From: a virus
Length of the DNA: 64,000 nt
IMG/VR virus record: IMGVR_UViG_3300045988_159775
Strand: one strand, 5' to 3'
Made by a program: the position numbers and the translations under genes. The notes beneath the pieces were generated by a model. The model was given only the letters and a program-made list of their open reading frames with translations, searched no databases and had not been told where the DNA came from. Shown here piece by piece: positions 28,816 through 38,602 of the stretch (position 1 is its first letter; the number at the start of each line of letters is the position of its first letter).

Positions 28816-29003
28816 TTCTTTTCCTCCTTATTTTCCTTAATAGCAAAAGCAGTAGTTCGGGCTATATATTCCAATACCTTTGCTACTGCTTCCGCTGTAT
28901 TTTCGTTCCAAACTCTTAAGAACTCATTCTCATATTCAGTAACGGTAGGAAAAGGAGACGGAATAAAATGACTATTTTTTACCACTTCCTTTTTCGGCTT
29001 CAT
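28812..29003 (-). CDS. small hypothetical protein
   Basis: 63-aa ORF overlapping the MuF start. Confidence 0.35.
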   Translation of the reverse strand: MKPKKEVVKNSHFIPSPFPTVTEYENEFLRVWNENTAEAVAKVLEYIARTTAFAIKENKEEKK

Positions 29004-29005
29004 AA

Positions 29006-30148
29006 TTAAATGTATATTTTAATTCTTTCCCCTCTCTTCAACGCTGAAATTATGTTAGACGCTTCTGAGAATGAAATCCTTTTCTGAGCTTGAGATATAC
29101 TTCTGAATGGCCAATCGGATAACTCACCGCGTTCTTCCAATATGTCCGTAATCTTGTCTATTTGATTATAAGTAGATTGGTCTTTTTTATTCCAACCCAA
29201 CGTTACATCATAAACTTTCTTTTCCGGTTCTTTGTTGCCCTTCAATTTTGAAACTTCTTCTTTAGCTTGTTTCAAACGTTTATCGTACTTTTCTTTTCCA
29301 TCTCGTTTGATCAAGCGTTCTTCGTTGTCTTGAAGATAACCTAATTTTTCACGAGCCGCACGCAAATCCTCTTTATCGGATTCGGAAGCCTGTCCAGACG
29401 CTTTTTTCTGTGCTTCGTTTATCTTCTTGTTTGTTTCTTTCACTTCCGCAGCATTACGTTTTTCTTCGTTTGCTTTAACGCCCAAATGTATCTTTTCAGC
29501 CTGTCTTTTCGCCAACTCTAAATTGTTCTTCTTTTCTAAGAGAGCGTTGATTCCCTCTGGAGGAAGTTTCAACTTACCCTCTTTGATAGACGCGATAACC
29601 ATATTGACAGCCTCAAGTTCTTTAGCAGGGTTTTCGTCAGAGGAAGTCTTTTTTGAAGAATCACCGTTTTTACTCATATAGGATTCAATTTCATTTGCTA
29701 ACTTCCAAGGCTCTTTGCTTTTAACAGCTAACAATCCACGCCCTATTCTTTCATCTAATTCAAATCCAAGTTTCTTCAAAAACTCTTTTTCTTTTGCATC
29801 AAGCAATTTTTTTACACTCGTGTCCCCATTCTTTAATTTAGATAGAATGTTATTTAATTTGGTTATATCGCTTTCAGAGTCTTTTTTCTTCGTAGAATCT
29901 TTCTTTTCTTCGGTGGAGACGTTTGCTTGAGATGCTTTATGGCGTCTGCCTCCTATTGTTCTCCAATCCCCCTTTCCGCCGGCAGCTGAGCTTTCCCAAT
30001 ACCATTTACCGTTTGGATGTAAATCTCCTTGTTTATGAGCCTTTTCAAACTCGTCTTCATCTACTTCGTTTATTCCAACGCCAAAACCTTTTAAAAGGTT
30101 ATTTTTCAATTCCAATTGACGTCTCTTAATGTCTTCTCCGTTATACAT
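29006..30148 (-). CDS. lysine-rich protein with N-terminal EKAH-GDLHPNGKW module
   Basis: 380 aa. Residues 34-66 read FEKAHKQGDLHPNGKWYWESSAAGGKGDWRTIGG. The rest is a low-complexity Lys/Glu coiled coil. Confidence 0.45.
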   Translation of the reverse strand: MYNGEDIKRRQLELKNNLLKGFGVGINEVDEDEFEKAHKQGDLHPNGKWYWESSAAGGKGDWRTIGGRRHKASQANVSTEEKKDSTKKKDSESDITKLNNILSKLKNGDTSVKKLLDAKEKEFLKKLGFELDERIGRGLLAVKSKEPWKLANEIESYMSKNGDSSKKTSSDENPAKELEAVNMVIASIKEGKLKLPPEGINALLEKKNNLELAKRQAEKIHLGVKANEEKRNAAEVKETNKKINEAQKKASGQASESDKEDLRAAREKLGYLQDNEERLIKRDGKEKYDKRLKQAKEEVSKLKGNKEPEKKVYDVTLGWNKKDQSTYNQIDKITDILEERGELSDWPFRSISQAQKRISFSEASNIISALKRGERIKIYI

Positions 30149-30215
30149 AATATTTCTATTTTTAAGTTTCGCAATACAAAGATACGTACTTTATTTGAAT
30201 TAACAAAATTTCTTG

Positions 30216-30794
30216 TCAAAATTTTATTCCAAAATCTATCGTATATCCATATTTGCCGTCTAAACGCATTCCAGATATTCCAAATAGAACTTTATTCTTA
30301 ACGTCTACCCCAAATTGAATTTTGTTACTCTGAAAATCGGTAGATGTACCTACCATTCCCCAGAATTGCAATTTAGGTGACTTGTACGTGATTTTCTCCC
30401 TTTCTACTATCTTTCTGTTAGGTTGAATGATAGAAGTGGCAGAAAGTAGCTTATTTTCTTGTATAGATACATTTACTAAGAATGTTCCTAACGTATCATT
30501 AGAATAATCCAATTCATAATCTCTTTTCAAATAATAATCGCACCATATTTCGAAAAGTCGCGCTGTATCAGCCGGAATAAATACTGGACGGTCTACGGGT
30601 ATTTCAATGCGTTGAGGAACGGGTTTGTATATAGTATCATGAACAGCATACGGTTCTTTTTCCCAACGTGTAGTTTCCTTTACAATAGGCTCAAGATTTT
30701 TCACAGTACTCCTACCTACCCAAAAACCTATTGTAAAAGCAATCAATATGAGTATGCCTACAAAGCAACGTGATATTTTAGTTTCCCGTTCCAT
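30216..30794 (-). CDS. membrane-anchored protein
   Basis: 192 aa with an N-terminal transmembrane segment (CFVGILILIAFTIGFWV) and a beta-rich remainder. Confidence 0.4.
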   Translation of the reverse strand: MERETKISRCFVGILILIAFTIGFWVGRSTVKNLEPIVKETTRWEKEPYAVHDTIYKPVPQRIEIPVDRPVFIPADTARLFEIWCDYYLKRDYELDYSNDTLGTFLVNVSIQENKLLSATSIIQPNRKIVEREKITYKSPKLQFWGMVGTSTDFQSNKIQFGVDVKNKVLFGISGMRLDGKYGYTIDFGIKF

Positions 30795-31281
30795 CTTTTT
30801 TCATGTTCAACCGTTTTTCATAACTCTCTACTAAAGATTCAAGTTGACTGATACGATTGATTTGTTCCATATTTTGATGATTAGATTCCCTTTGAAAACG
30901 TTCATATTGTTCCATAAGATCAGTATATTTTTGCTTATCAAGTTCTCTTTGTTTTTCGTAATCCGATCTTATCTCATTTAACTCTGAACGAAAACTTTTG
31001 ACTATCTCATTACTCAATTGTCTTTCGTTTTGGAATTCCTTATAGAGTGTATCATAACGCTCTTTCCACCAATCATCCTTTGTTTTTACTTCTTCTTGTA
31101 ATACATCATAGCGTTTCTTCCAAAAGTCATCACCTTTCATATCCGCGTCAGCCGCCGCTGTACGAACTTCTTGCTCATATTTTCGGCGATCTAAGAAACG
31201 AGAAACAATGGCGTAGCCAATGCCCCCTGCTCCAAACAACAATGATATGAGTCCAAATAGATTTTCAGTTAACCACGCCAT
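30778..31281 (-). CDS. membrane-anchored coiled-coil protein
   Basis: 167 aa with an N-terminal transmembrane segment (LFGLISLLFGAGGIGYAIV) followed by a charged coiled coil. Confidence 0.4.
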   Translation of the reverse strand: MAWLTENLFGLISLLFGAGGIGYAIVSRFLDRRKYEQEVRTAAADADMKGDDFWKKRYDVLQEEVKTKDDWWKERYDTLYKEFQNERQLSNEIVKSFRSELNEIRSDYEKQRELDKQKYTDLMEQYERFQRESNHQNMEQINRISQLESLVESYEKRLNMKKDGTGN

Positions 31282-31284
31282 AAC

Positions 31285-31845
31285 TTATTTATTCACTTTG
31301 TTAATTTTCAATCTTACTTTGTTAACTCTCTTACGATAATCTTCTGCGTTATAATCCGATCTAAGACAACGGACAATTTCGGCAGCAAATAAATCTATTA
31401 TCTTTTCGAAAGCTATTGAATAATTGTTCCAATCAGAAGAATTATTATAAGTACATAAATAAAATATAGCCTTTGTCTGAGAACTTATCTTGTTAAAGAA
31501 TTTGTACCATTCCGGCGTTTCTGATCTTACAAAATTTAAATCTCTCCAACGTATATTGGGCGTCAATACATCTAAATCATTTGAGAGATTGTATGCAAAG
31601 TCCCTACCTATGGAACTGCAATTCTTGTTAAGAGTTAAGCCGCATCCCTCCTTACCATCACGGTAGAAGTCGAAAGCTAACGCAATGCCATAAGTCTTAT
31701 GCTTGCGAAAGTAATTAAGGAAGTCATATGCGCTATCCGTTACAACCTCAACTTTTCTCTTCCTTAATTCTTTCGCAAGCGCGTTTTTGAATTTATTCGC
31801 TGGATCGTCAAACCGTCTTGACGTCAAATATACAATTTTGCACAT
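31285..31845 (-). CDS. hypothetical protein
   Basis: 186-aa ORF. It only weakly resembles the Amidase_3 pattern and I could not place the catalytic residues. Confidence 0.3.
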   Translation of the reverse strand: MCKIVYLTSRRFDDPANKFKNALAKELRKRKVEVVTDSAYDFLNYFRKHKTYGIALAFDFYRDGKEGCGLTLNKNCSSIGRDFAYNLSNDLDVLTPNIRWRDLNFVRSETPEWYKFFNKISSQTKAIFYLCTYNNSSDWNNYSIAFEKIIDLFAAEIVRCLRSDYNAEDYRKRVNKVRLKINKVNK

Positions 31846-31851
31846 AAATGA

Positions 31852-33579
31852 TTACCACAATTTGTAGCGAATTAACATAGGAGGTATTGTCAATCTATAC
31901 CGGGCGGATGATTTACCCTCACCTAACAAAGAATATATTGTTGTGTTATCCGAAATATATGTGAATCCCTCTGTACCTCTATCGGTTGATAATGAAAATA
32001 CAGTCAAAGGTTTCAGTACCAATCCCATAGCCAATTCCTCAACTTTGGAAGTATTGTATGTCATTCCGTATCCTAAATACAATTGGAATTCATAGACAAT
32101 AGTAGGAGATTCCCAAGCGGATGTTTCATTATTATAGGTTGAGTAAATTTTAACAGTAGTAAGCGGTGTTAAAGGTCTTGCATTTGATACCGTTACATCT
32201 CCATCTGGACCAGCGCCATAATGCATATAAAGGTAATCCTTTATCATGTTAAAAATTTCCGGTTTTTCAAAATTGAATGGGAAGAATCTTGTATAATCGT
32301 ATTCAATAATACTACCATATCCCCATTGAACCTGAGTATATCCGATTAAGTTAATTTCTAACATACCGTTCCATATGTTCATATCAACGGTTTTCGAATC
32401 GGTATTAGGATAACCTAAGGCAGTAAGGGTAATTAAAGCATGAGGAGTTTCCAAACCGTTCATTATTCTCCGGTCGGCTTCTATCTTAGAAAATGCTGAA
32501 TCGTAACCGTCTCCCGGTAAAATATTCTCATGAGTTTCTTCCGCAGGCGTCCAATCTGTAGGTAAACTCAAACGTACTCCTTTTAGAGAATTTTGTAACT
32601 TTGCTATTGCTACTTCCACCGTATCATTATTATTTACCGGAACGGTGGATTTTATAGCAGCAAATTCCTTGGAAAGTTTAATCCCAGTAGCCGTTTTAAA
32701 GCTATTAATCCAACGCTGCATTTTGGATAATACCGTGTATAATGTATCATTTGCCCTTGGATCAATAGGTGCTCCGGAAACGGCTAAAGCCGGAACCAAA
32801 ACTTTCAATATAGCAGAGGATGACGTACCCTCAGCAATAGCCTTTATAACTATTTCGTATAACGTAGAATAATTATTAGCAATATTTTCTATGGATTGAT
32901 CTTGAATCTCTTTATCCTTAAGATAAGTATCATACAAAACCAAGCCACCTTTCTTGTCTCCAATTCCAGAGAGGGCTGAAAGATAATTGAAATAAAGTCC
33001 TTTATTCCAAATCAATGAGTTTCCCGTCTCTTTGGATAGCAAAGAACTCAAATGAATCTTAAATAATCCCAAGTTAGGACTCGTATCAGGAAGCGGCGCT
33101 TTTCCAAATAAATAAGATTCCGTGAAGTTTATTTCGTCCGTTGGAACTTCGGTAAACGGAAAATCCAAACGAGTAGTTTCTGAATTGAAGACACCCGTTA
33201 CACCGTCCATTGTTAAGTTACTGGAAGAAATAAAATAGGAAGCGTTTGCGGCAAGATCATCTACTAACAAATTCCCGTTTACATCAACGTATTGAATTTT
33301 AGTAGTCGCTATGGAAATTGCTAAAGCGTCCGATTTATCTCTCAAAACATAGAACTTACCTAAAGATAACCCCACGGTATTAGCAATATTCTTCAACTCC
33401 GAATACGTTATGGACGAAAGAATACTTTGATTGATTATAACCCATTGTTTTAGATTGTAATCATAAACCTTATGAACTTGCTGACTCGGCGTAGAATCCC
33501 ACCAAATTAGCTTTATATTTTCGGGGGGATTGGTTCCAACGTATATCCCCGCAACCTGTCCTATGTTACTACTTGCCAT
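31852..33579 (-). CDS. structural protein, possibly a fiber or appendage
   Basis: 575 aa directly downstream of the portal gene. The N-terminus GIYVGTNPPENIKLIWWD...YDYNLKQW resembles fiber-type N-termini of Bacteroidota phages. Confidence 0.4.
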   Translation of the reverse strand: MASSNIGQVAGIYVGTNPPENIKLIWWDSTPSQQVHKVYDYNLKQWVIINQSILSSITYSELKNIANTVGLSLGKFYVLRDKSDALAISIATTKIQYVDVNGNLLVDDLAANASYFISSSNLTMDGVTGVFNSETTRLDFPFTEVPTDEINFTESYLFGKAPLPDTSPNLGLFKIHLSSLLSKETGNSLIWNKGLYFNYLSALSGIGDKKGGLVLYDTYLKDKEIQDQSIENIANNYSTLYEIVIKAIAEGTSSSAILKVLVPALAVSGAPIDPRANDTLYTVLSKMQRWINSFKTATGIKLSKEFAAIKSTVPVNNNDTVEVAIAKLQNSLKGVRLSLPTDWTPAEETHENILPGDGYDSAFSKIEADRRIMNGLETPHALITLTALGYPNTDSKTVDMNIWNGMLEINLIGYTQVQWGYGSIIEYDYTRFFPFNFEKPEIFNMIKDYLYMHYGAGPDGDVTVSNARPLTPLTTVKIYSTYNNETSAWESPTIVYEFQLYLGYGMTYNTSKVEELAMGLVLKPLTVFSLSTDRGTEGFTYISDNTTIYSLLGEGKSSARYRLTIPPMLIRYKLW

Positions 33580-33583
33580 AAAA

Positions 33584-35290
33584 TTAATTATTTAATTCTT
33601 TTTCCAAAAATGCATCGAAAGCCTTGACAAAGGAATTTTGAGCTTTTTCTGTATCTTCATCCTCCGTTTCTTCCTCGTCCCCCTCGGCATATAAATCAAA
33701 CGGGTTTTCCGGCTCTGCTTCCTCTTCTTCTCCGTCTGGAGTAGGTACTGCACCGCCACCCGATAAATCGCCGCCTTGAGCACCCATAACAGCCGCATTC
33801 TTTGACTGAACAAATACGGCATTCTCTATAATATCTCCACCCTCCAAAGGTTTCATTTCATACTTCTCGCGAATTTCATTGATAGTGGCGAACGCTTGAA
33901 CTTTCTTTATATCCAATTCAAGTTCTTGATCAATGGTCATGCCGTTGAGACCCATAAATACAAATTCATAATCCGGATGAATTTGTTCTACAATATATTT
34001 ATTTATCTTTCTTTGCAAGAATTTCAAAAGTGGATATAATCCTTTATCTTTTGAGTTTTGTAAACGTTTTTCTTGACTTCCCTCAAAAAGTCCGTTTCTT
34101 CCAGAAGAGCGCGAAATATCCCAACCAATTTCTATTGGATCTATATTAAAGATAGCACAAGCGATCTTTATCAAATATTCCATCCAAGAACTGTATTCCA
34201 TATCGCGGTTATTCTTCTGCAAATCTATCCACTCTACGTCTTGATTAACAACGGGAGTTTTCCAAGATTGCATTACGCCAGTTATCATAGATTGCCATTG
34301 TTGTTTAAATTGCTGAAGCGCAGTTTCGTTAACCGCCCCCTTTACGCGCAACATACCTTTAGGCGCAGAACCCTGACTGAAGAAACGGCGATTATATTCA
34401 TCGCCCCAAAGTAAAGATGTTACAACGTTGATTAGTTCTTCCAACTCAGAACAACCGTAACCGTTAGCAAAAATCGAAGTACTTGGATTACGAACGCCAA
34501 AACAAAGTTCCCATGGATAAAATTCACTAACTTTGACATTTTGATAAACCTGAACATAAGCCGGATAATATCCCTTTATTTTTGGTCCATAATCCGATTT
34601 ATCTTGCCCCCAAAGTCCCTTATCATTAGAAAAATATGGTATATCGTAATCTTTAGCGAAGAAAGAATTCGCCATACGGAAAGTAGCCGCGTCAGTAGCT
34701 ACAAAAGATTCAACCTTTCCTCTGCGGTTTCTCATGATCTCAAAGGTCATTTGATCGTAGGTCAAAGAGTCGTCAACAATCTTACGAATGAAAGTATCAA
34801 AGTCATCATGTTCCCATTCTCCTACATTACCGCCCTTTAGCAAAAAGTCTGTAATAGCAAAGGCAATGCGCTTGTCTTTGTTATCCATCTTTTGCTCTAC
34901 GCCATTCTTAGATTTTTTTCGTACTACGAATCCGGTTGAGTATTTATTCTCTTGAGGTTCTGCAAAATCTGCTACTTGGTTTTTACGAGTCTTAATGATA
35001 GAATTGATAATAGGGGTTTTAGACATCCTCTTAAGCGTAGTGTACGACAATGAGAATGACTTATCCTTATATCCAAGATTGGAGTTAAATTCAAGAGGAT
35101 CAATAAAAAAGGCTTTAGGTTGCATCGCTTGATTTTCCTTTTGCTGAATAGTATTCAAAGCCTTTTGAGCTCGCAATATATCATCGGGGGAATCTGAGCG
35201 GATAGCCTTTTCAATCGTCCTCATTTGCTTAACTCGTAATTTCGCATTCGCTAAATCAATAGCATCTAATTGCTTCCAAAGTTCAGCCAT
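33584..35290 (-). CDS. portal protein
   Basis: About 568 aa counted from MAELWKQL (ATG at 35290). It has the C-terminal TINEIREKYEMKPLEGGD motif and an acidic tail typical of portals. The upstream 25 codons of the ORF look non-coding. Confidence 0.7.
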   Translation of the reverse strand: MAELWKQLDAIDLANAKLRVKQMRTIEKAIRSDSPDDILRAQKALNTIQQKENQAMQPKAFFIDPLEFNSNLGYKDKSFSLSYTTLKRMSKTPIINSIIKTRKNQVADFAEPQENKYSTGFVVRKKSKNGVEQKMDNKDKRIAFAITDFLLKGGNVGEWEHDDFDTFIRKIVDDSLTYDQMTFEIMRNRRGKVESFVATDAATFRMANSFFAKDYDIPYFSNDKGLWGQDKSDYGPKIKGYYPAYVQVYQNVKVSEFYPWELCFGVRNPSTSIFANGYGCSELEELINVVTSLLWGDEYNRRFFSQGSAPKGMLRVKGAVNETALQQFKQQWQSMITGVMQSWKTPVVNQDVEWIDLQKNNRDMEYSSWMEYLIKIACAIFNIDPIEIGWDISRSSGRNGLFEGSQEKRLQNSKDKGLYPLLKFLQRKINKYIVEQIHPDYEFVFMGLNGMTIDQELELDIKKVQAFATINEIREKYEMKPLEGGDIIENAVFVQSKNAAVMGAQGGDLSGGGAVPTPDGEEEEAEPENPFDLYAEGDEEETEDEDTEKAQNSFVKAFDAFLEKELNN

Positions 35291-35349
35291 AGGTATTTTA
35301 CGATTATATATTTTTCTTTTGTTATCTATAATTGTTCTATGTGTAAACA

Positions 35350-35382
35350 GAAGAAAGGGAAACAACCGTTAAGCCATTTCCC
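35350..35382 (-). terminator. possible terminator hairpin upstream of the portal gene
   Basis: GGGAAA-N14-TTTCCC followed by TTTCTTCTG on the minus strand. Confidence 0.35.
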
Positions 35383-35471
35383 CTTCCGCCATCAATCAAA
35401 AAATTATGAAACAAACTTAGATAAAATTGTTTAACCCTTTAAACAAAATACAATACAAAATATCGCGTCTC

Positions 35472-36011
35472 TTATGCAGGGATAGTGATTGCTAATTCAA
35501 TAGCTTTGTCCGCGTCTGCTTCCCAACTTCCCGGATCACCTGAATTAATTTCTCCTTTAGGAAGTTTGATTTCATACGTCCATCCCTCCAAAATCTTCAA
35601 AGTCTTAACTTGATCATTATTCAAAGTAATAACGTCCTGAATCGGATTCTCTCCCTCTTTTGTAGCGTTCAGCGTAATTTCGCACTGAGTTGCTCCCGTA
35701 ATAGTAGGAGTAATAACGAGATTGAACGTTGTAGCTTCCAATACTACTATCTGTTCACCTCCGTAAATATAACCGTTATAAGTAGTGGAATAATCCTTGA
35801 ACCATTTTTCCATCTCTGCAACGGTCATAACGGTGCTTTGATTGAACGGCATGATAGTTTCAAATTCTGTACCGCGAACTCCCTCAAGATACATAATAGT
35901 GAAGCGATCATTACCGTCAATAATGTCCGTGCGAAGAGTGCATTTTTCTCCGCTTGTCTTATTAACAAATACAAAATCTTTCATATTTTCTTTCTTAAAT
36001 TGTAAAAACAT
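35472..36011 (-). CDS. hypothetical protein
   Basis: 179-aa ORF. Its ATG lies directly after the upstream stop. Confidence 0.35.
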   Translation of the reverse strand: MFLQFKKENMKDFVFVNKTSGEKCTLRTDIIDGNDRFTIMYLEGVRGTEFETIMPFNQSTVMTVAEMEKWFKDYSTTYNGYIYGGEQIVVLEATTFNLVITPTITGATQCEITLNATKEGENPIQDVITLNNDQVKTLKILEGWTYEIKLPKGEINSGDPGSWEADADKAIELAITIPA

Positions 36012-36338
36012 TTACTCTTTATAACTGTCAAAGACTTCTTCAATCTTCGCTACCGCTGCGACATCGTATATTAAATAACGACTTGAAAGAGTTTCATGAA
36101 TTATTATCGGCTCATCAACAAATTCCTTTAATACCGTATTGTCGTCCAAACTTGAAATTTCGGGAACGTTCCGTATTTCGTCCCATAGCTTATTGAAAGC
36201 ATCCACTAATAACCCATCTTCCATGAGCGTATTCGACAAATAACGCATCCGGGGTACAGAAGTATCAATTTCAATAGCTGCTAATTGTAGGTCAATTTCT
36301 AACGGCTCTTTCATAGCCGTAACTTTCTTTGAATACAT
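36012..36338 (-). CDS. hypothetical protein
   Basis: The track start at 36395 is GTG and lies inside the upstream gene. The first ATG after the upstream stop is at 36338. Confidence 0.3.
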   Translation of the reverse strand: MYSKKVTAMKEPLEIDLQLAAIEIDTSVPRMRYLSNTLMEDGLLVDAFNKLWDEIRNVPEISSLDDNTVLKEFVDEPIIIHETLSSRYLIYDVAAVAKIEEVFDSYKE

Positions 36339-36345
36339 ACGCCGT

Positions 36346-37494
36346 TTATAGTGTTTTAGTTTTAGGAACGAATTTTGAACGCTGTTTACCCTCACCGATA
36401 ATCATTTTCCAGTACTTCTGGAATTCGCATAACCACATTTCAATCTGATGCAAGGTTATCCCCTCGTACATCATTAAGTTGGAATCTTTTTTGTATTCGT
36501 TGTACTCATTCCGGTTATAAATGAAATACTTCTTATTTTTGTAATCCCAACCCAGATACGGAAACGGTTCACTCTTTTCTTTCTCTATATCCTCAAGCAT
36601 GGAATCTGCGCAATCTCTTAACCAATAGATAGCTTTCTTTTGCTCTCGAACGGTTCTAAGACTGGGGTAAATAAGCCGGATGCCTATAGAAGCACCGGGA
36701 CCAACATTCGTAAAGGCGTTTTGATCGAACTTCATAAATTTCTTCTTCGTATAACGCCCAATATACGTAAAGTCCTGATAAAACTCATGAGCAATGAAAT
36801 CAGCAACCGCTGGAAAGGTCTTCAAATACTCTATAATATCCTCCGGCTTCTTAGCTATGACAACCTTTGCTATAAGTTCGTTCATATGCTTATGAAGATG
36901 AGGTATTACTACACGAGTGTAACAATAATCTCTCGGTTGACCGGGAGTTGCTTGAGAATTTATAAGATACGCTGTTGTGTAAGGATTCTGACCGGAAGAT
37001 CGTATTCCAGCAATAAAACGCGAAAATTCATCTTCATCATATTCTTCCCAATCCGGTATTCCGTTACGCCATTGCTTTGCTGAAATGAGATCATCCTTTC
37101 CTTGAGCTTGTTTAAGTCCTGACTTGATAGGTGCTCCAAACATATCCATTTGGAGCGTCTTTCCTTTAGGTTCAAACTCAAAAGTTTCGGGATTGTTAAA
37201 GAAGCGGAAAACCATCATCTTCCAAATAAGGTTTTTAAGAGAAAGACTTTTATCAAGAAGAATGTTTTTGATTTGCCATTGGCTATTTCTATCCAATTCC
37301 CGATATACGTTGGTAAACTTCGATTCTTGAAATATCTTGTTATCTGTCCAAGGACGCTCTTTTTGGTCAATAAACCTCCGTTTCCAGATCATCTGACGTT
37401 CGTACATAGTCTCAAAGAATAACCTCAAATGAGGTTTATAAACCTCCAAGGATTCATCCGGAAGTTTGCTATACCAAGCTGAATTTTCAAACAT
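36346..37494 (-). CDS. candidate DNA base hypermodification enzyme (alpha-glutamyl/putrescinyl-thymine pyrophosphorylase-like, aGPT-Pplase)
   Basis: YERQMIWKRRFIDQKERPWTDNKIFQESKFTNVYRELDRNSQW fits my recollection of the aGPT-Pplase N-terminal signature (ER..I..rR.G...PWT.D.I....rFtNvyRe.DR.sq). 382 aa. Confidence 0.45.
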   Translation of the reverse strand: MFENSAWYSKLPDESLEVYKPHLRLFFETMYERQMIWKRRFIDQKERPWTDNKIFQESKFTNVYRELDRNSQWQIKNILLDKSLSLKNLIWKMMVFRFFNNPETFEFEPKGKTLQMDMFGAPIKSGLKQAQGKDDLISAKQWRNGIPDWEEYDEDEFSRFIAGIRSSGQNPYTTAYLINSQATPGQPRDYCYTRVVIPHLHKHMNELIAKVVIAKKPEDIIEYLKTFPAVADFIAHEFYQDFTYIGRYTKKKFMKFDQNAFTNVGPGASIGIRLIYPSLRTVREQKKAIYWLRDCADSMLEDIEKEKSEPFPYLGWDYKNKKYFIYNRNEYNEYKKDSNLMMYEGITLHQIEMWLCEFQKYWKMIIGEGKQRSKFVPKTKTL

Positions 37495-37495
37495 A

Positions 37496-37828
37496 TTAAA
37501 GATTTTTTGAATTTACTCTCATTATGAATTCTCGTTTTGCTTCCAATACTCCGCGTTGCATTAATTTCAAGAGTTGAGTTTTGGGAAGTTTTCTGAAAGG
37601 ACGCTTTGGATTTGTTATAAGACGGATATTTCTAATATCAAAATTACACATATTTTCCGTATTCTTTTCCTTACCTACGAAATAAGCTATTACTAAAGGC
37701 AAATACTCATTACCATGCATCTTCGATATTTCAAAAAGTTTATTGCCCCAAACGCTTTCATCCTCGTCTTTAACAATATCCCCAACACGGAAATATTTCC
37801 AATAATTATTATTGCTACTTTCTTTCAT
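37496..37828 (-). CDS. hypothetical protein
   Basis: 110-aa ORF abutting the upstream gene. Confidence 0.35.
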   Translation of the reverse strand: MKESSNNNYWKYFRVGDIVKDEDESVWGNKLFEISKMHGNEYLPLVIAYFVGKEKNTENMCNFDIRNIRLITNPKRPFRKLPKTQLLKLMQRGVLEAKREFIMRVNSKNL

Positions 37829-37972
37829 GATTAAATAAACGTTGATATTTATATTAACTATGGAAAGAAAAATAAATCCCGTTTTAAATCTTCACAGATT
37901 AACGGGATTTTCGGGTTACATAAAATGGTTAAGTAAGCATAAAAAGAATCATACAAAATATATCTGGAATTC

Positions 37973-38599
37973 TTATAGTCTAAATGTTGCTAACTGCTTA
38001 GGAGCTAAAGCGTATTTCTTATTATCCTTGAGTTGAAGCAAAATTTCGCATGCTCTTAAGTCCACAAGAATATTAGAAATGGCTCTTACTTCTTCGTTAT
38101 ACTTTCTTCTTGCTTCGGCTTCCTTTACACTCTTAGCAAAGTTGTATTTCTTATCTACCTTTGCAGAATGTTCTGCGGAAAGAGAACCCATTACACTTGT
38201 TTGACTACGATCATTATATTCCATTTCGTTCCACTCGTAGATTTTGTATGGTACTTCAATTCTTAAATCATCCGTCCACCATGGATTTGTACTATGTCTG
38301 GGAGCATCTCCGCAATCTTCCAAAAGATTATCCGCAGCAGTTTTCTTTTCCTCTAATTGAGCATTCAATTCGGGAATAAGAATGTTTTGTACAGATTCTT
38401 TGATCTCTTTTCCGGTTTTCGTAATCTGAATATTACCGCCATATTGTATAGCGTTCATAACGTCTGACTTTTCAATATCGTCAACCGTAGTTTCTTCCGC
38501 CTTTTGAATTCTTTCCTCCGTTTCACCTCCACAGACGCTGTAAATACGCTGAGAACGGACGTTCATTGCCGCGCGAATGCTTTTCATTACATCATCCAT
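37973..38599 (-). CDS. hypothetical protein
   Basis: 208-aa ORF. Confidence 0.35.
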   Translation of the reverse strand: MDDVMKSIRAAMNVRSQRIYSVCGGETEERIQKAEETTVDDIEKSDVMNAIQYGGNIQITKTGKEIKESVQNILIPELNAQLEEKKTAADNLLEDCGDAPRHSTNPWWTDDLRIEVPYKIYEWNEMEYNDRSQTSVMGSLSAEHSAKVDKKYNFAKSVKEAEARRKYNEEVRAISNILVDLRACEILLQLKDNKKYALAPKQLATFRL

Positions 38600-38602
38600 T
38601 CT

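Noticed and set aside
31285-31845. N-acetylmuramoyl-L-alanine amidase (Amidase_3) call for the 186-aa ORF.
   Set aside because: Only a loose pattern resemblance exists. The zinc-binding His/Glu/His residues, including the GHGG-type N-terminal motif, could not be located, so it is left as hypothetical.
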